Positions 56,681-64,000 of a DNA stretch of 64,000 nt are shown here, piece after piece (position 1 is the first letter of the stretch; each line of letters opens with the position of its first letter). The stretch covers positions 115,550 to 179,549 of IMG/VR virus record IMGVR_UViG_3300020045_006153, one strand, 5' to 3'. The notes under the pieces were generated by a model. That model was given only the letters and a program-made list of their open reading frames with translations. It was not told the DNA's origin and made no database searches. Position numbers and translations under genes: made by a program. This DNA comes from a virus (Duplodnaviria; Heunggongvirae; Uroviricota; Caudoviricetes).

Positions 56681-59041
56681 ATGCCAACAATCAGTAATTT
56701 ACCCGCTTTATCCACAACTACCGGCGTAGTTATTTTCCCTGTGGTGCAAGACGGCATTACAAAAAAAGCAAGATTTGACCAACTAGGCGGATGGGGGTTT
56801 GCAGGATCTCAAGGTACAATCGGATATGTTGGATCTAGCGGTAACGGGTATGTCGGGTCGATCGGATATATCGGCAGTAAGGGGTTTGTTGGATCACAAG
56901 GAAACATCGGATATGTAGGATCATTAGGATTTACTGGTTCGCAAGGAGTCGGATTTACTGGTTCGCAAGGAGTAGTTGGATTTATTGGAAGTAGTGGATT
57001 AGGATATACTGGTTCTATCGGTATAGGATTTACTGGATCACAAGGAACAACTGGTTTCGTGGGATCAATCGGGTCTTTAGGATATACTGGTTCAGGTGAT
57101 ACCGGATTTACTGGTTCTGTTGGATTTATAGGCAGTGCAAGTACTGCATCAGGATTTACAGGTAGTACTGGATTTACAGGTAGTACTGGATTTACAGGTA
57201 GTACTGGATTTATTGGATCACAAGGTATAGGGTATACTTCTGTTAAAACACAAAATACATTAACTATATCAACTGGTACAATTAGTATTGATATCGATAA
57301 TACAAGCACTGCATTGTCAGCGGGACATTGGGTAGTTATTGCGAATGATTTAAATAATTTTGTTGTTGGTCAAATATCAACCTTAGTAAATAGCACCGCA
57401 ACATTAAATGTGTACCAAGCACACGGAACTGGAAATATTAGTTCTGGTACTGGTATTTTTATTAGTGGGCCTGGCTCTCTTGGGTTTACAGGTAGTGTTG
57501 GGGCTGGGTTTACCGGTAGTACTGGATTTATTGGATCACAAGGTTATCTAGGTTCTAAAGGATACACAGGGTCTGTCGGAAACCAAGGGGGGCTCGGATT
57601 TGTTGGATCACAAGGTGCAAACGGCACTGCTCCTAATATCATAGGAAGTACTTCAACTTCTGCAGGATTACCAAATAGTGGCCAATCACTTGCTGATGCA
57701 TATATTACTACATCAACTGGCCACCTTTGGATTTATACAGGTGACATAAGCGGAGTGAATGGATTTGTTGACGTTGGGCAGATTGTTGGACCATTAGGAT
57801 ACACCGGCAGTGCAAGTACTATTACCGGGTATACTGGTAGTATAGGTATCGGATTTGCAGGTAGTAGAGGAGTTGCAGGATTTATAGGTAGTCGAGGAAC
57901 AACCGGATTCATTGCTAATGTAATCGGTAGCACATCAACTTCTGCGGTTTTGCCAAATAGCGGATCAGTTTTAGCAGATGGATATATCACTTCGGACACA
58001 GGGCATTTATGGGCATATACTGCATCAACTGCATCAGGTAGCGTAAATGGATTTATTGATGTATGCCAAGCAACCGGGTTCACTGGTTCAGTTGGATTCA
58101 TTGGATCAGTAGGATATCAAGGATCTAGAGGATTTATCGGTAGTGAAGGTAGTACCGGCACAATTGGATATGTGGGCAGTATTGGATTTGTAGGAAGTAC
58201 TGGTGCGGGATTTATTGGATCAATGGGCGATACTGGCACGCAAGGTAATACTGGATTCATTGGATCAATTGGGTACACTGGATCAACAGGCACGCAAGGT
58301 AATACTGGATTCACTGGATCAATTGGGTACACTGGATCAACAGGCACGCAAGGTAATACTGGATTCATTGGATCACAAGGAATCCCAGGTGCAGCAGATG
58401 CAATAGGTTATACAGGATCAGTTGGATTTACAGGTAGTACTGGATTCATCGGATCACAAGGAATTCCAGGTGCTGCGAGTGCAATCGGATATGTTGGTTC
58501 TAAAGGATACACCGGAAGTATCGGGTTCGTTGGTAGTACTGGCTTTGTGGGCAGTGCAAGTACTGCATCTGGGTATGCAGGGTCAAGAGGATTCGCAGGC
58601 TCGGTTGGTTTTGTAGGTAGTACTGGCTTTATTGGCAGTACTGGAACAATCGGATATACTGGTAGTGTTGGATCTGGATTTGTGGGCAGTGCAGGATTTG
58701 TAGGCAGTGCAGGATCATCTGGTAGCACATCAGGATATAGTTCAGTAATCCTAAAAACAACATCTTATATAACAACTGCATCCGATGCAGGATCGTTAGT
58801 ACTAATGAATAACGGCAGCGCAACTACTATTACTATTAATTCTAGTACAATTGTTAATTATGCGATCGGAACAACCATTGATGTTATACAATCAGGTTCC
58901 GGACAAATCACATTTGCTGGGTCAGCCGGAGTAACATTAAATGCAACTCCAGGATTAAAAACAAGAGCACAATATAGTGGTGCAACTGCTATTAAAATAG
59001 GAACAGATGCTTGGATTATAATCGGAGATTTATCAGCATGA
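56681..59041 (+). CDS. Collagen-like G-x-x repeat fibre protein (GFTGS type)
   Basis: Long Gly-every-third-residue tracts; C-terminal AQYSGATAIKIGTDAWIIIGDL domain. Confidence 0.8.
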   Translation: MPTISNLPALSTTTGVVIFPVVQDGITKKARFDQLGGWGFAGSQGTIGYVGSSGNGYVGSIGYIGSKGFVGSQGNIGYVGSLGFTGSQGVGFTGSQGVVGFIGSSGLGYTGSIGIGFTGSQGTTGFVGSIGSLGYTGSGDTGFTGSVGFIGSASTASGFTGSTGFTGSTGFTGSTGFIGSQGIGYTSVKTQNTLTISTGTISIDIDNTSTALSAGHWVVIANDLNNFVVGQISTLVNSTATLNVYQAHGTGNISSGTGIFISGPGSLGFTGSVGAGFTGSTGFIGSQGYLGSKGYTGSVGNQGGLGFVGSQGANGTAPNIIGSTSTSAGLPNSGQSLADAYITTSTGHLWIYTGDISGVNGFVDVGQIVGPLGYTGSASTITGYTGSIGIGFAGSRGVAGFIGSRGTTGFIANVIGSTSTSAVLPNSGSVLADGYITSDTGHLWAYTASTASGSVNGFIDVCQATGFTGSVGFIGSVGYQGSRGFIGSEGSTGTIGYVGSIGFVGSTGAGFIGSMGDTGTQGNTGFIGSIGYTGSTGTQGNTGFTGSIGYTGSTGTQGNTGFIGSQGIPGAADAIGYTGSVGFTGSTGFIGSQGIPGAASAIGYVGSKGYTGSIGFVGSTGFVGSASTASGYAGSRGFAGSVGFVGSTGFIGSTGTIGYTGSVGSGFVGSAGFVGSAGSSGSTSGYSSVILKTTSYITTASDAGSLVLMNNGSATTITINSSTIVNYAIGTTIDVIQSGSGQITFAGSAGVTLNATPGLKTRAQYSGATAIKIGTDAWIIIGDLSA
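57152..57205 (+). repeat. 18-bp tandem repeat x3
   Basis: GGATTTACAGGTAGTACT. Confidence 0.9.
58235..58374 (+). repeat. 54-bp tandem repeat x2.6
   Basis: GGCACGCAAGGTAATACTGGATTC.. at 58235, 58289, 58343. Confidence 0.9.
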
Positions 59042-61263
59042 GACATGTAGGCCATTTTGCAAGTTCGCGGTATTTTTCAGTACATGGATCAAATTTAAAT
59101 AGTGGTAAATTTAAAGATTTAAATTTACTCGGTGGAAATATTACATGGACAAACGATTATTCAACTTCTAGATATTATCAAAATGCTTTTTTAGATTCTA
59201 GAGGATTTGGGTTGCCAGGTACGTACGGCGGAGAAAATATAGGAATACCACTTGATGCAAATGGATGGCCGACAGTAGCATCATTAGTTGTTATTACAAG
59301 TGCATCATCTGATACAACCGATGGTAGTTTATCAGCAGGTACGTATCATTGCAGTTATCAATCATCAAATCATTCAACTACTATATCAGCCGTTAACACG
59401 CTAAATGGCACAATTACTAATATCGTAAATGTAAACGACGGGCTAACCACTACATTTGATCTTATTCTGTCGGGGCAACCAGGGCAAAATCAAATGCATT
59501 TTTCATTTAGTGGTGCTGTTCAAAATATTATTATTGCACGATCTGGATTACCGAATACGTTAACTGGCAAGTTTACAACTGAGTTTTTAAATCATGCAAG
59601 CAAATTTGCAAGCATTCGATTAATGGATTTTATGGAAGTAAATAATAACGATACTGTATTATGGGCTGACAGACAACCGTATTCAGCATCATTTCCGCAT
59701 GCATTCGAAGATGCAATAGAGTTGTGTAATGCATTATATACTCACTCAGGAAGTCTTGTTAAAACCGTATGGATAAACCTTCCAGGATTAGCAGATAATA
59801 ATTACGGCACACAAGCAGTAAATTTGCTTAATTCATTAGGAAATAATAATTTACAATGGATTGTAGAAATTGGAAATGAACCATGGAATTCACAATTTTC
59901 TCAATTCCATTTAAATCTGTCAAGTGCATTAACAGAAATGCAAACTGTTGCAAATTACGGAGACATAAACACAGTAGCATCTGCAGTTCGTCTTAATAAT
60001 ATAACCACTGTAACAGTATCTGGTACATTTCCTGCATTTATTACTACCGGGCATACTGCAATGGTATGGTGTAGTGACGATACATTTGCTGCAGGCGAAG
60101 TTAATGCACCGATCACTGTAACTGTAACTGGTGCAAATACATTCACTTATGCAAATACTGGAGTAAATGCAAATATAGGATCTGCCAATTTTGCAGTTAT
60201 ATTTAATTTAGCATCAACATTAGTTACTGATAACGGTGATAAATCATTGTGGAATATGGCTGACAAATATTACACTCGTCGAGCATATGAAATTGCAACA
60301 ATTTGGCATACAATTAGGCCACAGGATAAATTTATTTTAAATCTTCAAATGTATGGTGGATCATATACTGGATACGGCTCGTATCCATCTCCACATTGGG
60401 CATATGCAAAATATTTAGGTGGAGGAAATGTAAATTGGCTATGGGGTGCAGCAATAGCACCGTATTTTTCATCCGAATCAGAAACTACGTTAGAAGGCGC
60501 AATTGTGTCATTGCAATCTAGTTTAGATAACTCAATTGTATATGCCATTACTGCACACATTTATCAATGTTTGAAATACGGAATTATGCCTATTTGTTAT
60601 GAAGGTGGTCCGGATTGTCAGCAAGCGGCTACTGTAAATATTGCAGTAAATACTGACATTAGAATGAGTAATTTAGTAACACAATTATTAAATTTATGGT
60701 TTCAAACTGGCGGAAATTTATTTCATTTTTATAAAATTACACCAAACGGATTTTCAAATGCACAACAAGGAACCTGGTCGTCTTCACAAACATATGATGA
60801 TGAATCTAGTCCTAAACATGCAGCATTATTAGCATATCAAGAAAGTGCCCTACCTGTTACGTATCACAATCAGTTTGGTAATCCTGGTACAGTGTTAGCA
60901 AGTCAATATGCAATAATGACAGATAATGGGCAAGTAGATAGTGCAGGATTAATAGGATTTTACGGACCAACTAACACTAGTGCACTTGAATATTTGATTG
61001 TTGTTGAAACTACCAGAACATACACATTTACACTGTGGGGGTCAGATAATGTAAGTAATACTGCAATAAAAATATTAGTTGATAATACACAAATAGGATC
61101 ATCTATATTGCATAACGGTGGCGCGTGGAATAGTGGATCAGCAATAGCAGCAGCAAGTTCATCATTCACTGCATCGCTATCTGCAGGCGCGCATATACTG
61201 CGATTACAATTAACATCTGGGTTATATTCTGCTCCTGGATTCCAAAAAATAGTTATATCATAA
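59038..61263 (+). CDS. Virion-associated glycoside-hydrolase-like protein with C-terminal CBM-like domain
   Basis: IRLMDF, VEIGNEPWN, CYEGG (clan-A-like E residues). Confidence 0.6.
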   Translation: MRHVGHFASSRYFSVHGSNLNSGKFKDLNLLGGNITWTNDYSTSRYYQNAFLDSRGFGLPGTYGGENIGIPLDANGWPTVASLVVITSASSDTTDGSLSAGTYHCSYQSSNHSTTISAVNTLNGTITNIVNVNDGLTTTFDLILSGQPGQNQMHFSFSGAVQNIIIARSGLPNTLTGKFTTEFLNHASKFASIRLMDFMEVNNNDTVLWADRQPYSASFPHAFEDAIELCNALYTHSGSLVKTVWINLPGLADNNYGTQAVNLLNSLGNNNLQWIVEIGNEPWNSQFSQFHLNLSSALTEMQTVANYGDINTVASAVRLNNITTVTVSGTFPAFITTGHTAMVWCSDDTFAAGEVNAPITVTVTGANTFTYANTGVNANIGSANFAVIFNLASTLVTDNGDKSLWNMADKYYTRRAYEIATIWHTIRPQDKFILNLQMYGGSYTGYGSYPSPHWAYAKYLGGGNVNWLWGAAIAPYFSSESETTLEGAIVSLQSSLDNSIVYAITAHIYQCLKYGIMPICYEGGPDCQQAATVNIAVNTDIRMSNLVTQLLNLWFQTGGNLFHFYKITPNGFSNAQQGTWSSSQTYDDESSPKHAALLAYQESALPVTYHNQFGNPGTVLASQYAIMTDNGQVDSAGLIGFYGPTNTSALEYLIVVETTRTYTFTLWGSDNVSNTAIKILVDNTQIGSSILHNGGAWNSGSAIAAASSSFTASLSAGAHILRLQLTSGLYSAPGFQKIVIS

Positions 61264-61306
61264 AAACACTCAAATAGTTAAATAAAAGAAAAGAAAAGGT
61301 TAAACA

Positions 61307-63844
61307 ATGGCAACTAGACAAGATTATATTAATGCAATCGACGAAACATACCCAGTTGCAGGTATAAACAATAATAGTCAAGGATTTCGTGATAATTTTG
61401 CAAATATTAAAACTGCACTAAGTCTATCCGACGGATCTAGCGGCAGTGGAACAGGCGGTAGCGGAGGCGGTACTGCTACAGTGCAGGCCACTCCAGAAGC
61501 AATGGGCAGTGTATTAGGTTACACTACCGGAACATCTGCGTTTATCGGAGCCGATGCAGGAAATATATTAAATACCGGAACAAATAATGTTGCTATAGGA
61601 TATAATTCATTACATTTTGGGCAATCTGTTGGTCCTATATCGGCTGTACAAGGAATAATAGATGCTGGAATTTATAATTCATCAAATACATTAGTTAGTA
61701 CATTTGCAGTACAACCAATTACTAGTACACAACGAATTATTACTACTTCTGATGTTGATGCAACTATTACAGCATTAAGTACTATTGCAATCCCTAGTGT
61801 TTCTGGACTAACATTATCTACAACCCCTCAATTCGGAGATAATGATGAAGGAGCATTTGAAATAACACTGCCGTTTGACATTATGTTTTTAGGGACACCG
61901 TACGGACCGACTGCTGGAGAAGCAGTATTTGTTGGAACAAACGGATTTTTATCGTTTGGTAATTATAATATAGATTCAGCAAATAGTCCTCCAATTTACT
62001 ACATGCCGTTAATAGGAACATATTTAGGTGATGCGTGGACTCAAGGAATATATACTGGATCAACTGGATCTAGTCCTACTCGAACGTTTAGAATTGTAAT
62101 CGAAGCAAGTGCAAGTTGGGACACCGGACAATCAACGGCATTAGGAGATGGAGATACTAGATTAGAATATACATTCTACGAAGCAACTCCTAATCAAATA
62201 GACGTTAATGTAGAGCGCAATGGACAGACAGTTGTTATTATTCCGGCTACTACTTCAACACAAGGTACAGGAAATATTGCAATCGGTGCCTATGCATTAT
62301 ACAGCACTAGCACACAATCGTGGGGAACAAACAATACTGCAATCGGCGAATGTGCACTATATAACGAAGGATATGGAGACAATAATATTGCAATCGGTAA
62401 GTTAGCAATGTTTAGTGACAAGTGTGGCAGTAATAATATTGCAATCGGTGAATGCAGTTTATACAAAAATTCAACATCATCTGGATTTGACAATATAGCA
62501 ATCGGCAGAGAAGCATTAAGAAACCTATGCGATTCTAAGAATGTTGTAATCGGTACAGGAGCATTTTCAACTGCTACACACGGTCGTTGTAACATAGTAA
62601 TAGGACACAACGCAGGATGTGAAGTTACTTACGGCTTTTGCAACACGATTATTGGAAATTATACAGGCACAGCAGGATGTGCATTATACGGAACTGTAGT
62701 AATTAATGCAGGCAATTGTGAACGTATCAAAATCGACTGCAACGGATTATATATAAACGGAGCAACTCTATCAACCACGCCTTCTATTAATTCAAACTGC
62801 AACTTTGCAATAAGTTCGCCAACTACAGGTAATCCATATTCATTACTAGGAAATGGCGTTAATAATATGTCAATCGGTGCCTATGCATTATTTTGCAATT
62901 GTGCAGGCAGTGGAAATATTGCATTAGGATACGGAACATTATGTAAAAACATATCAGGTAGTTGCAATATTGCAATCGGAGCAAGTGCAATGAGATCAAA
63001 TACCACAGGTGTTCGAAATATTGCATTTGGTCAATCTGCATTATATAATAATGTATGTGGCAGTAACAATGTAGCATTAGGGTATTTTTCACTAATTGCA
63101 AATACTATAGGAAATAATAATGTTGCAATCGGATGCCAATCTCTACGATTTAATTCATTAGGTAATTCCAATGTTGCAATCGGAGCAGGTGCATTATACG
63201 GTAATATCACCGGAGGTGATAATGTTGCAATCGGAGCAGGTGCATTATCATCAAACTTGTCAGGCAATCTTAACATAGGAATAGGATGTAATAGTGGAAG
63301 ATTAAATGCGATCGGATCTAATAATGTATCATTAGGAAACATGGCCCTTTGCTGCAATTTAACTAGCAATAATACAGCAATCGGATTTTGTGCCGGCGGA
63401 ACAAATACTACAGGATGTAATAATTCCTTTTTAGGTAACGGCGCTGCCGGTGCATCAGGAACTACAAATAATGCAATTACATTAGGAAATGCTTCTATTG
63501 CAACTATAAGAGCACAAGTTACAACTATTACTGCATTATCAGACTGCCGGGATAAAACTAATATTGCAGGTATTCCGATTGGATTAGATTTTATTAAAGA
63601 AGTACGGCCTGTGCAATTTGATTGGGCAATGCGTGACGGTGCAAAAGTAGGAATCGCTGAAATGGGATTTATTGCACAAGAATTAGATGCATTGCAAATT
63701 AAATACGGTGTAGAATCTGCATTAGGTTTAGTGTTAAAAGACAACCCGGATCGGTTAGAAGCAACACCTGGAAAATTATTACCAGTAGTAATTAAAGCAA
63801 TTCAAGAGTTAGCAGCAATTGTTGATCAACTAGGAACAAAATAA
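61307..63844 (+). CDS. Tail fibre with N-x-A-I-G repeats and C-terminal S74-type chaperone
   Basis: YPVAGINNNSQGFRDNF; repeated NNVAIG; SDCRDKTNI, GFIAQE. Confidence 0.85.
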   Translation: MATRQDYINAIDETYPVAGINNNSQGFRDNFANIKTALSLSDGSSGSGTGGSGGGTATVQATPEAMGSVLGYTTGTSAFIGADAGNILNTGTNNVAIGYNSLHFGQSVGPISAVQGIIDAGIYNSSNTLVSTFAVQPITSTQRIITTSDVDATITALSTIAIPSVSGLTLSTTPQFGDNDEGAFEITLPFDIMFLGTPYGPTAGEAVFVGTNGFLSFGNYNIDSANSPPIYYMPLIGTYLGDAWTQGIYTGSTGSSPTRTFRIVIEASASWDTGQSTALGDGDTRLEYTFYEATPNQIDVNVERNGQTVVIIPATTSTQGTGNIAIGAYALYSTSTQSWGTNNTAIGECALYNEGYGDNNIAIGKLAMFSDKCGSNNIAIGECSLYKNSTSSGFDNIAIGREALRNLCDSKNVVIGTGAFSTATHGRCNIVIGHNAGCEVTYGFCNTIIGNYTGTAGCALYGTVVINAGNCERIKIDCNGLYINGATLSTTPSINSNCNFAISSPTTGNPYSLLGNGVNNMSIGAYALFCNCAGSGNIALGYGTLCKNISGSCNIAIGASAMRSNTTGVRNIAFGQSALYNNVCGSNNVALGYFSLIANTIGNNNVAIGCQSLRFNSLGNSNVAIGAGALYGNITGGDNVAIGAGALSSNLSGNLNIGIGCNSGRLNAIGSNNVSLGNMALCCNLTSNNTAIGFCAGGTNTTGCNNSFLGNGAAGASGTTNNAITLGNASIATIRAQVTTITALSDCRDKTNIAGIPIGLDFIKEVRPVQFDWAMRDGAKVGIAEMGFIAQELDALQIKYGVESALGLVLKDNPDRLEATPGKLLPVVIKAIQELAAIVDQLGTK

Positions 63845-63846
63845 AA

Positions 63847-64000
63847 ATGGCATATATTCTAAATAAAACTAATGGGTCGGCTATTGCAACTATTAGTAAT
63901 GGTAGTATCGATCAATCAACAGATCTTGTGTTTGTAGGTAAAAATTATGCAGGGTACGGACAATCAATTAATGAAGATTTATTAAAATTACTTGAAAATT
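63847..64000 (+). CDS. Baseplate/tail protein, N-terminus (partial)
   Basis: MAYILNKTNG..TDLVFVGKNYAGYG..NEDLLKLLEN. Confidence 0.7.
   Translation, partial: MAYILNKTNGSAIATISNGSIDQSTDLVFVGKNYAGYGQSINEDLLKLLEN

Noticed and set aside
20154-63744. Numerous minus-strand ORFs antisense to long plus-strand genes (e.g. 29997-30803, 56809-57309, 63031-63744)
   Set aside because: Shadow ORFs from codon bias and repeat periodicity of the real genes
61307-63844. Diversity-generating retroelement target
   Set aside because: No reverse transcriptase or template repeat in the window, and the Cys-rich region is far longer than a typical variable repeat

Overview
AT-rich segment of a jumbo (T4-like late promoters, myovirus-type structural genes) bacteriophage genome, standard genetic code. 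Left (1-2.3 kb): sugar/glycosyl-transfer genes. 2.3-19.8 kb: a very large stable-RNA operon region with ~54 tRNA genes covering all 20 amino acids (plus tRNA-Arg(CCG) at 35.9 kb), interleaved with many non-canonical RNAs, four late-expressed ADP-ribosyltransferase-fold genes, glycosyltransferases and an RNA polymerase omega subunit. 19.9-52.6 kb: sigma70-driven early/middle genes (HD (p)ppGpp-hydrolase-like, two RNA ligases, phosphatases, desaturase, NADAR, dCMP deaminase, GalE, radical SAM, ClpP, DenV, QueD, degenerate SufC/SufD, many hypotheticals). 52.7-64 kb: baseplate/tail-fibre genes. Most striking, read by eye: a recurrent RNA motif (helix-NNN-C[ACT]GCAA-variable arm-A-rich-helix-G) sitting in tRNA slots in at least 11 copies; it carries isolated anticodon stem-loops, replaces the anticodon arm of tRNA bodies in permuted form, and brackets an exact circularly permuted tRNA-Gly(UCC) (nt 33-73 fused directly to nt 1-32). 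Also a candidate leader-peptide attenuator, rrn-type boxA sites and an omega subunit lacking ppGpp-site residues, together suggesting phage control of tRNA supply. All RNA structures are manual predictions and all protein calls are motif recognition without database searches.
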